A DNA stretch of 63,701 bases, filler included, from 16 parts of 16 records of this genome joined end to end with filler, not necessarily neighbours in it, one strand, 5' to 3'; counted from the first letter of the whole stretch, positions 49,499-62,470 are shown. Notes: generated from the sequence alone by a model not told the origin. Numbers and translations: made by a program.

Positions 49499-52031
49499 AT
49501 GGATCCTGGGAGCACCCAGGCGTCCAGGGCGGCGATGGTGCGCGTGTTCGCCCCAGACCCAGACCTGCGGTTGGTCAAGTCCCGGTGCACCGGCTCGGGC
49601 CTGGCCTCTGACTGTGCCGGGCGCCAGGGCCTTCTACGATGCGTGCGACGGTGTGACTGTGTTGTCGGCCTCCGGAGTCTGGTGCGACGGGTACGTGCTG
49701 ACCTCCACCACGCTCTTCGGGCCGTTCATCCAGCCCGGGCCCGAATCGGCGCTCCGGCTCCACCCGGCCGCCCAGATCGAGGTGCTGCTCGAGGGCGACA
49801 GCCGCTGGTGCCCGGCCGCGCTACTGGAGAGCGTGCTGCTCCCCGAGGCGGCCAGCGCGGCCGAGACGCTGCTGGGACGGGGCAGCTGGGAGTACGTGGG
49901 GCAGGCGGGCGGGCCGAGCGGGCTGAGCTGCTGGGAGCTGTTCACGTGCATCTCGGTGCTCAAACTGGACCAGAGCAGCAGCCCGCAGGCCAGGCTAGTG
50001 GTGCGGGACGCCGACAGCTTGCAGCGGGGCGAGCAATGCTGGGTGTTTGCCAGCCCTTTCGGACTAGTGGCTCCATCAGTGTTCCACGGCAGCGCGAGTA
50101 CAGGTGGGCTCATAGCTTAGAATCGGACTGTGCTGTACTGTGGCTGCAGGCGTGGTCGCCAATCTGGTCCCGATTCAGAAGCCGCACATCCTGCTCACAG
50201 ATGCTCGAACCATGCCGGGTGCCACAGACCGAATCAGATGCTGCGCCCGAGCGTTTGGCGGTTGCAGGGAGTGAGGGAGGAGGGGTGTTTGATCGAGATG
50301 GCCGACTGACAGCAGTGGTCGGCCTTCCGTGCTAGTCTTGCTTACTGTGCTCGTCTGCAGATGGCGCCGCCACTCCGGCGAGCCTCCGATCAGAGCATAC
50401 CAGGCTTGTCGATCGGAGTGTTGATCGGGCCGGTCAGGCCCCTGCCTTGCTCAGCCGCTCATTCTTTTGGGCAGATAATTGCCGCCCTCCGGATCCCCTA
50501 CATCGTCAAAAAGGTCTGCACTGATCGGACTGCTGTGAGCTTTGTGCCAGGAGGACGGTCCCAGCAGACTCATGCAGCCTGCAGCCAAACTAGGATGGTT
50601 TCCCAGACACGCGCTCGCTGGTGCCATCCAGGTGCTCTCTCTAGTAGTTGGAAGCATAGCTCTAATCAGCGCATACTCTCTCACTGACTGTGCCGTGTGC
50701 TTGTTCAGGGCGCAGCCAAGGCAGGTAACAATATCTCAGTTGTCCATGAATTGGTGGGTGCTGATTGATTCGGTGTGGCAGTGGTGACAGTGCGAGTTGG
50801 TGTCAGATGGGGCTCGGGTGTTCTGTTATCGGCTTCTGGCTGTGAGTGACCCTTAATTGCTAGGGGGCTGCAGCCCTGCTGTTGTTGGCTGATGATGTGT
50901 TTATTTATCCGAGCTGTGCTGGTGCAGATGTGCTCACAAACGGGCACGTGCTTCGAGTCAAATCGGACGAGTCGGTCCCGATCGAGACAGCACAAGTCTT
51001 CATCGGCCGCACCTGGCACAATAGTAAAGTGGTGGCAATTTCTACGGGCTGGGTAACAAGCGCGAACCAATCTGCTTGACCTGTCTGTCTTCTCTTTTTG
51101 CACGTGTCTGTCTGAATGATGAAGCTGTCGGTCGCTGTTCTGCGCGTCGTTGACTTCAATGGTGCAGATGGATGTGGCTTTGTTAAAATTGGATTGTAGT
51201 GATGCACAAGAGTGGCCTCACCTCGCTGTGAGTGTTGAGCCTCTCCCTAGTCACAAACTCCAACCTCAATGATTTCACTCACTCTATACCTGTCTCAGCT
51301 GAAACCCTCCAATCGCGCTTACAGAGGACAATCCGTCTATGCTATCGGAAGTGGCCTCTTCTGCCCAACACCAGGCAGTTTGCATCCTGATCCATGTCTT
51401 GAGGTCTCTGGATGTAGGTTGTTTCACACAGTCCTTGACAGGAGGTGTGATTTGTAAAGTCGTCGAGCTTCAAGGTTCCCAAGTAATGCTTCAAAGTTCT
51501 GCCCTGGTACATCAGGTAAGATCAGCTCTGCGGCCTTCTGCCCTCAAACTTGAGTATAGTGGGATAATAGTGTGTAGTGTGTATACTAGTTGGGTATGTC
51601 ATCTCCTTTTTTACATCTGGTTGCCAGGGTGCGAGTGGCGGTGCGCTGGTGGATGCAGCCACAGGAGATTTTGTGGGGCTGATTACCTCGAACGCACGGC
51701 ATGTTAGCGGACAGATCATCCCTCAAATTAACTTCTCGATGCCTGTGAGTTGTCTTACATCTCTAGCTACATTTTTGCAAAGATCTCAAGCAGGTGCGGC
51801 GATGATGATCCATTGCTTTCTGCTTAGATCACCTTTTTTGTTTTGATTTTAGGTGATGACGGATCTGCTGCAAAGCAAATACAAGCTTCATGGAATGTGA
51901 ACAATCAAGAGATCTTGGACATTTGGAACCTCGAACCGCCACCATTCGATGCAATTGTGAAATCTCCAAAATCTTCAATCGAACAAGGGCATAGCGATAG
52001 CTTACACCCTCCCCTTGCGAGTAGATTATGA
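49499..52031 (+). CDS. Peroxisomal processing protease DEG15/TYSND1-like, >12 introns, PTS1
   Basis: N-terminal MVRVFAPDP...AFY...TVLSASG, SPFGLVAP, TDARTMPGSEGG; trypsin-type WGSGV, LTNGHV, DVALL and HQGASGG; C-terminus -SRL*. Confidence 0.88.
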
Positions 52032-52453
52032 GTTTTATGATCCTCGTACGTAGAGGTATAATTGAAGTCAAGGGCGGTGAATAGCGGATAGCTACCCTAG
52101 CTTTATCGCATTAAATGTTTAGCATGTAATTAGTGATCTATTTAGTTTGAGATCTAGTNNNNNNNNNNNNNNNNNNNNNNNNNNNNNNNNNNNNNNNNNN
52201 NNTTAATTAATTAANNNNNNNNNNNNNNNNNNNNNNNNNNNNNNNNNNNNNNNNNNNNCTATTAATTTAACCTCAGGACTTTATCCGTTCGTATTCCGGC
52301 AGCCATCTGGCCCCGACATCCTGCCCCGCGGCACGGCGGGGTCCGGATACCTACTCACGTCGCCCCACCGCCCCGCGAGCTCCATGTGACACCCCGGGCG
52401 AACCTTCAGCATCAACTGAACTCTCCTGAGCATCGATATGTGCTCTTCAAAAG

Positions 52454-53263
52454 GTGCCGTTGATTGTTGTTCATCGGCGCAGCGAGAGCATGCCGCCTCC
52501 CCCAACCACCATGTCTGTGCCGGCGGTGCTGCCGGTGTACGAGCCGGTCGACCACTTGGCCGACCGGTTCATGCGGCCCGCCCGCCCCTCCGCTTCGGCC
52601 AGCAAAATGAACGTGCGGCGGCTACAGCTGCGCCGCAAGCCCTCGCTGGACCACAAACTCAATTTCGCCGTGCGCTCGCACCGGGCGGAACTGGCCTGGC
52701 GGAACTGCCGGCTGGCCGCCGTGCTGGACCGGGGCGGCTGCCCCGAGCTGCCCGAATACCAGCGGTTTTACGCCCGGGCCTCGCGGCAAGAGATGGGGCC
52801 GTTTTTGCCCAGGGCGGATGCAGGACTCCAAGCGGTGCGGCTCCGACTGCGGAACAACACTTCGCAGCCGGTCCGGGTCAAGCTGTCGCACGACAAGCTC
52901 AGCGCCGGGCTGGTGCAAGCCCGGCTGCAGCCGATGCAGACGGAGGAGATGCGGGTACCCGAGTGCGTGGGAACAGTCAACGCTCACATGAGCGCCGCGT
53001 TCGAGGCCTCGAGCACCCGGTCGGAGGGCCAGAACGCCAGTTTCACCCAGGAGCTCGGCGGGGGTGGGCCGGCCGAGCTTGATTTCAAACTTGAGGAGGA
53101 GCAGAGGTTGCTGGTTGCTGTGATTTGCAGGTCGACTGCAGAGCATCATCGGCCCGAGATTCGGTTCTTCTCCAGCATGGAGGAAGCGGTCACCGCGATT
53201 GACGCACCCGCGCCCAGCCCAGGCGCGGTGTACGACCGCAAGCTCAAGGGTCTGATGGCGTAG
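52454..53263 (+). CDS. Hypothetical protein, probably 5' partial
   Basis: Long GC3-rich frame. No family recognised. Confidence 0.5.
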   Translation: MPLIVVHRRSESMPPPPTTMSVPAVLPVYEPVDHLADRFMRPARPSASASKMNVRRLQLRRKPSLDHKLNFAVRSHRAELAWRNCRLAAVLDRGGCPELPEYQRFYARASRQEMGPFLPRADAGLQAVRLRLRNNTSQPVRVKLSHDKLSAGLVQARLQPMQTEEMRVPECVGTVNAHMSAAFEASSTRSEGQNASFTQELGGGGPAELDFKLEEEQRLLVAVICRSTAEHHRPEIRFFSSMEEAVTAIDAPAPSPGAVYDRKLKGLMA

Positions 53264-53549
53264 AGATGTACTCGTGCCTCGAGCGGCGTCCACGGTTGGT
53301 TGATCGGTACATGTAGGAGTCAGACTGCGTCGCGGCATGTGCAATTCGGCAATTAACAAGCAATGCAACTGGACCCGCTCTGCATTTATTAAATGATTAC
53401 TTGCTTCGTGATTAACTCCTCGAGTCACTCGGTTCGGGGCCCATCAGGGCAGCAATCTTCCTCCAGGCCGTGAGGCGGTAACCGTCTTCATATCTCGGCT
53501 ACCGGACTTCCGGGGTGTGAAGCGGTGGGCTAACTCGCCGTCGCGATCG

Positions 53550-54741
53550 ATGCCAGCGCTCGGCGCGATGGCCGTGCTGGCGCTCGCGGTGGGGCTGGGC
53601 TGGTCCGGGCTGCTTGGGCGGCTGGGCGAGTGGATCTTCTTCCCGCAGATCCCGTTCGACCAGTCTGTTCACCCACCCGCCGGCGACTACTCCCGTCCGG
53701 CCAGCTGGGCCTCGCACCCCGCCCACCTCAACAGGGCCTGGTGGGCCCCGCCGGGCGAGTCCGACCGGCAGGCCGACGCCCCGATCGACTGCTTCTATGT
53801 GCGCCTGTGCGCTGGGCCGGCTGAGCGGCAGCAGGTGCACCCTACCTGCTACTTCGTGGGCCATTGGAACGCGCCAGTCGAGAGCAAACTGGCCGCCTTC
53901 GTCACCGACATCGTCCCCATGCGCGAGGGCGCCGCACTCTACAACGGCGTGGCCCGTGTATACGCCCCACGCTACCGGCAGGTGGGCCGGCGGGCGTTAC
54001 TGGCGACTGAGCGGCGGTCAGCTGTCGCAGGGCGCGCAGGATCCGCATCGGTTCTCCAAGCAAGAGCAGGACAAAGCGATGGCGCTGGCCTACGCGGACG
54101 TGAAAGCGGCGTTCAGGGAGTTTCGGCGGCTGAATCCGGGTCGTCCGTTCCTGGTTGCGGGTTATAGTCAGGGGACGCTACATGCAAAGCGGCTGCTGCA
54201 GGAATGGTACACAGAGGCAAGCACCCAGGAGACCAACCTGCTGATCGCAGCTTACTTGATTGGGAACACCGTGCCCGAGGCCGAGATGGCCGGCACGCTG
54301 CCGGTGTGCGAGCACGCGCGTCAGACCCGCTGCTTTGTAAGTTATAATTCAGTGAAGGAGGGCGACGAGGAAGGCAAAGTGCACTGGTACCGGAAAGGCA
54401 AACCGACATGTGTAAACCCGCTCTCGTGGCGGAAAGACGAAGTGCTGGTGGCGAAGGAGGAGCACCTCGGCGCAATCCCGATCATGAGTTCTTGGTACGG
54501 GCAGTGGCCTCTGATAGGCGGAATGCTTTTTGAGCGGCCGCACACTGAGCTAGTGAGTGCCCAGTGCCGAGACGGCATTCTGTACGCCTCCGATCCACAG
54601 GCCGAGTATTGGTGGTCTTATCTATTCAACCCGGGCGATTTCTTGCACGCGATTGATTTGAACCTGTGGTACATCAACTTGAGGCAGAATATTCGGGTTC
54701 GGACAGAGGCTTACTTAAATCAGTCTTTGGGTTGGAATTGA
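53550..54741 (+). CDS. DUF3089 alpha/beta-hydrolase-like protein, 2 introns
   Basis: DCFY-VHPT, VYAPRYRQ, LAYADVKAAF, VAGYSQG, AAYLIG, CVNPLSW and HAIDLNLWY; N-terminal hydrophobic anchor. Confidence 0.88.
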
Positions 54742-54974
54742 GGGATATTCGGGTCGAGAAAGTTTAACTAAAGACAGATAGATCTTATGAGCTCTAACAC
54801 AGCACATATTTTGTACAGAAATGAGATGAGACAGGTGATAGCAAATAGCTAAAAAGTAAAAACTAATAACAATTGCAACTATCGATAAACCTGATTAATT
54901 ACTCAGTTAGTAATTCTTACAAACTCGGTACAACCTCGGCAAGTATTTAGCAAGTAATACTTATTACGAGTAGT

Positions 54975-56510
54975 CTAGCGCATTGAGAGAGCCTCTCGGC
55001 CCATTTCAATCATCCGTTCGATGCTCGGCAGCTCATGGACCGTACTTCCAACATCCAAACCCGCGCTCTGCATCGCTTTGAGCGAGACCCCGTCGCAGCT
55101 AAAGTTTGACCCGGTCGAATAGAACGTGTTCCTTGCTGTAAACGGGACCTGTGCTCGATCCGTGCAGTTGCTGCCCTTGTGGCTCGCAAATGTGTAAAAC
55201 TGGCCATCTCCCTGAACACAGCTGTTGCCTACAAATTGGTCAAAGTTGAACCCGGCGTTGTCGTTAGTTTGGCAGCTCCGGGAGCCAACGGATCGGGAAT
55301 CAATCCCCGGGTAGATAATCACGTTATTAGGGCCACAGATCTTGTGGTCTCCCTTGTAGTTCTTGCAGCCGCCGTACACAAGGAAGTTTGAAGTATCGTT
55401 GTAATAGCTCGAGCCGTCGTCATGATCGAGACACCACACGCCACTGTAGCCGTTGATGATAAAATTCTTAGTGATTTGGTTCCACAGAGGCACATACGAC
55501 TCAGACCCGTCATCGCGTACAGTCTTGTACGGCGTACGATCCCACGAGTTGAAAGGCCCGTGATCTCCCGTCTCTCTGACCATGTTGGCAATCAGATTTC
55601 CGCTGACAGTGGATCCTCCCAGGAAACCGTCGTTGAAATTGATCCCTGAGCGAGGCCCATTGTAGCACGTGTTGTCCTTTATCACGTTTCGCCCGGATAC
55701 TGCCTGAAAATAGCAAGACACCTGTTTACCAAGTGTGCCAATGTCGTGCATCCAGTTGTTGGCAATCGTATTAAAAGCCGGATACGTCTGAGCGGTTCCA
55801 TCGGCTAGGTTACTCACCCCCACCAAGGCCACCGCAGAGTCGCCAGGGAAGCCGAACCGGTTATGTGAGATGGTGCAGTGTCGCGCGTGTTTAGAGAGGA
55901 GCACGCCGTTGCCGCCCACGCTGTCGAAGTAGTTGTGGGACACGTTAATCGCCTCGGCGTTCTCGATGAACACGGCTGCAGTCCGAGCGATTGACCAGTC
56001 GCCTCCGCTTGGAATCTCATAGCGGTCGAGCTGAGTCGTGGCTGCATGCGCAAACCGCACTCCCTCGAAACGAACATTGCGGACTGGGTTGGCAGACGAC
56101 GCACCCACGATCGCCACCAGCCGTTTCAGAAGCGCCGCCTCCACCAAGCGCGGGACTAGACTGCTAGATGAACGGTTAGGGTAAAAGAGCAGCGTTTGTT
56201 CCTCCTGATCGACTGCCCACTCGCCCTCGCTGTCCACCTCCTCGGGCACCCCCTCCACGTAGAAAGTGGACCCACCTCGCACATCGCCGATATCCGCAAA
56301 CTGCCAACCGCCTGGGCCAAGCCGAATCGTGCCCTCCGTTTGGTCCATGCTGGCTAGACCAAACGAATGCGAGCCCCAGTCCGGTCTTCCCAGGAAGCGC
56401 ACCACAGCTCTCTCCGGATGGGCCCAGCTCTTTTTGGTCCATGTGCTCTTGTTGTATCTGAAGGTATCAGTCTGGCCTTGTAATCTGCCATAGTGCGCGA
56501 ACCACCGCCT
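54975..56510 (-). CDS. Right-handed parallel beta-helix protein (GH141-like family), 5' partial
   Basis: FYVEGVPEEVDSEGEW, PSGGDWSI, GPRSGINFNDG, MVRETGDHGPFNSWDR and DHDDGSSYY. Confidence 0.8.
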   Translation of the reverse strand, partial: RRWFAHYGRLQGQTDTFRYNKSTWTKKSWAHPERAVVRFLGRPDWGSHSFGLASMDQTEGTIRLGPGGWQFADIGDVRGGSTFYVEGVPEEVDSEGEWAVDQEEQTLLFYPNRSSSSLVPRLVEAALLKRLVAIVGASSANPVRNVRFEGVRFAHAATTQLDRYEIPSGGDWSIARTAAVFIENAEAINVSHNYFDSVGGNGVLLSKHARHCTISHNRFGFPGDSAVALVGVSNLADGTAQTYPAFNTIANNWMHDIGTLGKQVSCYFQAVSGRNVIKDNTCYNGPRSGINFNDGFLGGSTVSGNLIANMVRETGDHGPFNSWDRTPYKTVRDDGSESYVPLWNQITKNFIINGYSGVWCLDHDDGSSYYNDTSNFLVYGGCKNYKGDHKICGPNNVIIYPGIDSRSVGSRSCQTNDNAGFNFDQFVGNSCVQGDGQFYTFASHKGSNCTDRAQVPFTARNTFYSTGSNFSCDGVSLKAMQSAGLDVGSTVHELPSIERMIEMGREALSMR

Positions 56511-56610
56511 NNNNNNNNNNNNNNNNNNNNNNNNNNNNNNNNNNNNNNNNNNNNTTAATTAATTAANNNNNNNNNNNNNNNNNNNNNNNNNNNNNNNNNN
56601 NNNNNNNNNN

Positions 56611-58106
56611 CAGCTGCAGTTACTCTGATCGAGATGAGCGATACAGCCGAGGTTGTATGTGGTCCGGTGGACATTGACGAGGCATTTCTCAAGTTTGCAA
56701 AACAGCGTATGACGAGAAGGGCTCGGTCGCATGGCAACTATCTACCGGCTCTTGATAAAGTGATTGAGCTGTTCGGCAAAGAAGCTGCAAACCAGAAGCA
56801 GTTGTGGCTTCTCTTCCTGAGCGACGGAGCGCCTTCCGATCACGCTGAGATGTCTTGCAACCATGGTTACCAAGTGTGGCAGCCAGGACCTCCAGGATCG
56901 GCCTTGCATAAGGGCAAGCCCAGATTGCAGAACTGCCCGATTTCAAATACGTGCCGACAGGACCTGCTGGAGCACGTGCGGCTCGAGTGTGTGCGACGAG
57001 TCCGGAAGCTGGGAGACTTGTTTGGGCGAGATCGTGTGCACATTGGTTGCGTCGCCTTTGGTCCCCCAAATGAAGACTATCGTGTGCTGCAGCAAATGGC
57101 TTCGGAGCTGCCAAAGGGGACTTTTCAGAAGCTGGGCCTCGCTGCAACGGGACTCAAGACCACATTCACCTCACTTACCACTTCGCTCACCACTCTGCGA
57201 ACAGACATAGGGAGTCCTCGCTCGCGTCGGTCTGGCGTGCAGAAGCAGACTGCTGCAGAGAGAGAGGAAACGAACATCGACGTATCAGAAGACGAATGGG
57301 TAATGTACAGGCTCGAGGATGCAGCTTGTCGGGAGAAGTTGGTGTACGACCCAACATCGAAATCCCTGGTTAAGACCAGCTTCATACGTAGTGCCGTTGG
57401 AGTTGCGTATGCTCGTAAGTACTTTGGTGCTGGCGCAGAGCGCCACGTGTTCCAATGCACCGAGATCGACTCCAATAACTATTCGGTGGGGCCAACGCTG
57501 GTGGCCAAACAGTCTATATACGAGGATGACGTGGCCGACGGCGGGCGAACATTCCACACTGTCTCTTGTCGCATCCAGTCTGAAGCTGGTGAGCTCGCTA
57601 AGCTTTTCAATCGAAGACTACAAGGGGCTAGCCGTGGAAACCCTGAGTGGAACGTGGAGTTCTTGCAACCTTTTGTCTTCAAAGTACACGACTGGGACTG
57701 GTCCCAGCGTGCCGACGGTCTGTATTATTTTTTTGCAGAGCCTGAACTTGAAGGAACGTTCATCAAGTGGAACAACAACGCTGGTGGCGTTAAGAAAGGA
57801 GGTGGCGTGCTACATGCTATCAGCGAAGAGGCCGAAGATGGGACGAAAGATGATATCCCGCAGGCGTTTTCGCACTTCTCGTATTCAGCAACTCATGGAC
57901 GTAAGCTGGTTTGCGATCTGCAAGGAGTTTGGAATCACGTGGACGGGTTTCTATTGACTGACCCTGTAATCCATACAGCAAGTGGCAAGGGAAAGAATGG
58001 AGCCACAGACAAAGGCCCTGATGGAATCAAAAAGTTCTTCGAGTCGCACAGATGTAACGCTCTCTGCCGCCGTCTCGGCTTGACGAGTGGTTGTGGTTGT
58101 GTTTGA
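56611..58106 (+). CDS. vWA-domain alpha-kinase (eEF2K/MHCK family), 5' partial
   Basis: vWA LFLSDG. Alpha-kinase FGAGAER, VAK, EGTFIKWNNN, QAFSHFSY, VCDLQG, LTDPVIH and HRCNALC. Confidence 0.93.
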
Positions 58107-58657
58107 GCGCGACACTCATGTACAATGTGCTACGTGGAATGTGAAGTAGAATGATTGTACAAGCTACTTGCAGTACACAATCTAGTTAGGATCGCGTAGA
58201 TGGGTCTGGAGGTTAGCTAGCATCACTTAGTTGTACGTTTACAACTTAGTTGTAATAAAGCATGACATTGTACGTATACATGCTTAGTTAACGTTTGCAC
58301 CTTAATTAGCCGAAGCCGGCGCGGTCCCGCGACGTTGGAGCAACGCGTCGGTCTGATGCCGCCTCGTCAGCTCCGACATGGGGCGCGGGGGCTCACCGAT
58401 GATTCGGTGGCGTCCGAAGTGGTCGAGCTCTCCGCGACCACCGTGTCTTCGTAGTCGGGCGCAGGCCGAGCACGCAGATCGTCAGGAGGGCGAACATGAT
58501 GATGTAGGGTGGGTGACAGGGATTCACCATTGTCTTGCTCGAGCGCTTGTTGCTCGAGCTCAACGGAAGGGGGGTTGCGGCGTGGATTTGCTGTATTAGC
58601 CACGCACCCGAGCTGCTAGACACCCACCCCACCGGCCGCGCCTGCTGCCGGCATGGT

Positions 58658-60177
58658 ATGGGCTGCGTCACCTCCTCTTCCAGCAGGCGTGTAATGCTGT
58701 GTGATTTGCCGTCCCGCCTGCAAGCGTGGTGGCGGCAGGCTGCTCTCCGCACCCTGCTCCTGCTCTGGGCGAGCATCTTCTCGGTGTCCACCTGCCAGAA
58801 CCTGATGGCCCCCAACCTCACCGCCATCGCGGAGGCCTACGACATCACGAACCCGGTCGAAAAAGACGCCAAGATGGGCGGCCAGCTCGCCACCGCCTTC
58901 TACCTGTTCAGCATGCCGATCTTCCTCGCCGTTGGCTTTTACACCGACCGCTGGGACCGGCGGCGGCTGTTGGTCGGGCTCACCTTGGCCAACGGGGCGT
59001 CCACGCTACTCACTGCGCTCTCAACCTCGTTCTGGCAGCTGTTTGCGCTGCGTGTCGTATCCGGTGGGAGTGTGATGAGCGTTCTGCCGGTGGCGTACTC
59101 GGTGCTGGGCGACCTCTTCCCGCCGGAGACGCGCGGCTCCATGTCCACAGCGCTGGTGGTGGCTATGGGCGCCGGCATGATCCTCGGCCAGCTGGGGGGC
59201 GGGCTGCTCGGTCCCACGGTCGGTTGGCGCGCCACGTTTGTGCTGGCCTCGGTGCCCAGCTTTGGCGCGTCTGCGCTTGCCTGGCGATGCAGGAAGATTC
59301 CAGCGCACAGGGCATGGGACGCCAGCCAGCACGAGATGGTCAGCAGCGACCTGGAAGAGCCACCACCCAAGTCGGAGGAGGCGTCGGACTCGGTGGCCGA
59401 GGGCACATGTGTGATGGCGGCCACGCCCGTGGGTGATCACGAGACAGACGCACTGCGTTTGAACGACGCCTCTGCACCAGAACTGGCTGATATCGAACCT
59501 GCCACCGACGGACTCGAACCAGGATGCATCCAGTGGGCGCTCATTTCAAGAATCTTTGGCAACCGGACGAACGTGCTGTTGTTTGCACAGTGTATCCCGG
59601 GGAGCGTGCCGTGGGGCGTGCTCTTTGTCTTTATGAACGACTATCTGGCCCAAGACAAAGGCTTGACTGTCGAACAAGCCACTGGCATGATCAGCCTGTT
59701 CGGCGTCGGGGCGGCCTTTGGCGGAGTCCTGGGAGGCTTGTGGGGCCAGCGGATTTACAACCAGCGCTCGCGCAACCTGTCGTTATTCATGGGCGTTGTG
59801 CAGGCGCTGTCAGTCCCTCTCATGTGGCACATCATCGACGCTGATTACACGAGCGCCAACCTGTCAGCTACCCTGTTCATCATCGCCTGCGCTGGGTTGG
59901 TCGCCAGCCTGGCACCAATGTCCGTTTCGTGCTCATCAACGTGAACGGTCCGTCGACACGGGGCTTTGTGATGTCGATTTTCGATGTCTTCAACAACATT
60001 GGGAGAGGGCTTGGCCCGTTGATAGTGAGCTGGCTGGTGCAATCCGTGGGTAGCCGCCGGGTCGGGTACGACATTGCAATGGTGACGTGGTGGCTAGACG
60101 CGGTCTTCATGGCTTGCACCTTTCTTACTGTCGAGGAGGATGAGCGTCGGGCAGTGGCGAGGCTCAGTGCGATATAG
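58658..60177 (+). CDS. MFS (spinster-like) transporter; 5' end uncertain, frame break at ~59910
   Basis: QNLMAPNL, GFYTDRWDRR, GDLFPPETRG, GWRATF, PGSVPWG, then NVN.P.TRG...NNIGRGLGP in the next frame. Confidence 0.88.
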
Positions 60178-60643
60178 GCTCCACGCGCCCATGCACGCGC
60201 CTCCGATTGGAAGTCAACCATGAACAACAACGTATAAGTCCACGACTCCACGAGTCGTAAAAGGACTATAGACCATCTGGGGCCGCGCTCATTGCCACTA
60301 CTCGGGAGCGCCTTGCGCTGCTATTGCGCTGCATGTTAGGGCACGCACTTAGCACGCACTAGGGTCTAGACACTTCGTACACGTAAGGCAGTCGTGTCTA
60401 AGTCGTGTCAACTATCGTTACTTTATATGTATAATTGTAATTGCACCTACATGTATTGCACCCTATTTAAATCTTCATTCTAGGGCAGGTAGGGGATGCC
60501 GGTNNNNNNNNNNNNNNNNNNNNNNNNNNNNNNNNNNNNNNNNNNNNTTAATTAATTAANNNNNNNNNNNNNNNNNNNNNNNNNNNNNNNNNNNNNNNNN
60601 NNNAGTGTTTGAATCTCCTCTTCACCCCAAGCAAAGACCTCGC

Positions 60644-62261
60644 ATGGAAAGCTCTCAGCCTGCTCGTGCGGCCAAGCGGCCGCGGGGTAAGCCGGGAGCT
60701 GAGCGAGCGGAATGGTCGGGTGGGACGGCACCTCATCTAGCCCCCGGCGGTCCCCACCGCTCAAAGGCTCGCGAGCCGGCCGGGTCCGGTCTGGCGAGCA
60801 TGTGGAACTTCCCGATGGTCCGCCTGGTCCTCCGCGGCACCCTGGACCCGCATAGCCCTCTCAGCCGGCTCCGGGGGCTCTCCGAGCTCGTCTCGCTTGT
60901 CCTCAAGCCCGCGGTCGCGGCCTGGCGCGCTGAGGTGCGCTCTTCCCATCCCCGCTCAAGCCCCCCTCCGAGCAACCCTCTCATAGGCGGGGTTCAGGCC
61001 AACGCGATGGATTTGTTTGACGCGGCCAGCGCGGGCCGGATGAACGACATCATGCTCATCCGGTCCTTGGCGCCTCATCGAGTCCACGAGCAAGACATGG
61101 TAGCCCCGCCTCGCCGAGCCCTGAACTAACCCGGCGGCTTGCCAGGCCGACTGGACTCCGCTTCACCACGCGGCGGCCTCGGGACAGAGCGACGCGATCC
61201 TAGCCTTGCTCATGACCGGAGCCAAGCCGGACGCCCGGGATTCGGTGCCTCCTGCTTCTCCCGTCTTGTGACTGACATATCTCGCGTTCTCCAGGCCCAA
61301 TTCACGCCCCTGCACTTGGCTGCTGAGAGCGGTCACCGAGATGCGGCGGCCGTGTTGCTTTTGGGCAGAGCCCGCGTCGATGCGCTCAACTGGGTGAGTT
61401 GCGCGCTCCTCTTGCCTTCTGAATGGGTTGTGTCAGTTTGATTTCACGCCCCTCCATCACGCGGCAAGAGAGGGCCACATGCCCGTGGCCTCAGTGCTGC
61501 TCGAGGCCGGGGCCCAAATAGCGGCCAAAACCGTGGACGGCTCCACGCCGCTCCAGCTGGCCACCAGGAACGGCCATCAACAATTGGCCAACCTGCTGGT
61601 CACTGCGCGGATGCACTCGGACCCTCCTAGAACAGACCAGACCAAGCTCAAGCGAAGGCTCGACCAGCTGGCTGGCCCACCCGCCCCCAAGAGGCAGCAG
61701 CTGGCCGAGTGCGCTGCCGAGATGGACAGGCTTGCCAACACGCTCGAGAGCCTCGCTCAGGAGAAACTCAAGCAAGAGAGAACCGCAGCAGCCGCGTGCT
61801 CACGCGCGCTGGACCTGCCGCCGCAGAGCTTTGAGAGCCATCTGGAGGAGATCCGGGCAGCTCGGAGGTCGCAGATGCAAATGGAGCGGAAGGCGGCGCG
61901 CGAGCAGCGTGTGCGGGCGTCTCTGCAGCAGATCCAGCTGGAGACGGCCTCAGCGATGGGCGCCCGGGTCAAGAGGCGTCAGATGCGGGACCAGGAGAGG
62001 CGGCTTTCGCCGGTGAAAAAGCAGTCGCCTGTGCAGCAGCGGCTGTCGCCCTTTGGTGTGGTGCAGAGGGCGTTGCGGTTGGCTGGGCAACGGCCTACCC
62101 GGCGGTTGTTTGGCCCTTCGGCCAGACTGCCCGAGTGCGGATCGTCGGATGCGGTGGTGGCACCAGTTGGTGAGGCCACCCGCGGTGATCCCAACAATGC
62201 AACATCTGAAGGCATCCAAACTACCAACCGGGTCCAAGATATATTGGGAGGGGAGGATTAG
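60644..62261 (+). CDS. Ankyrin-repeat + coiled-coil protein, 4 introns
   Basis: WTPLHHAA, FTPLHLAA, FTPLHHAA and STPLQLA repeats joined by GT-AG introns. Confidence 0.85.
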
Positions 62262-62470
62262 GTGTACATAGTTACTGAATTGAACCTCGTCATTACATCC
62301 ACTAGCATTCATGTATCAGATCGCTTCTTTCGAAAGAATGAGGTCTAGCCTAGTGAACTTTAATGTAATTGGTTGAGAACATGATTGAGCTGAGATCCTG
62401 ACGCCGGAGTCATCCGCATACGTACTGTACTGCGTACGTACGCGAGCACTGTTTCAGGCTAAGTTTCAGG

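Noticed and set aside
51375-51420. Additional GC-AG intron in DEG15 (CCAG|GCAGTT)
   Set aside because: An in-phase GT donor 3 nt downstream works equally well, so it was not counted.
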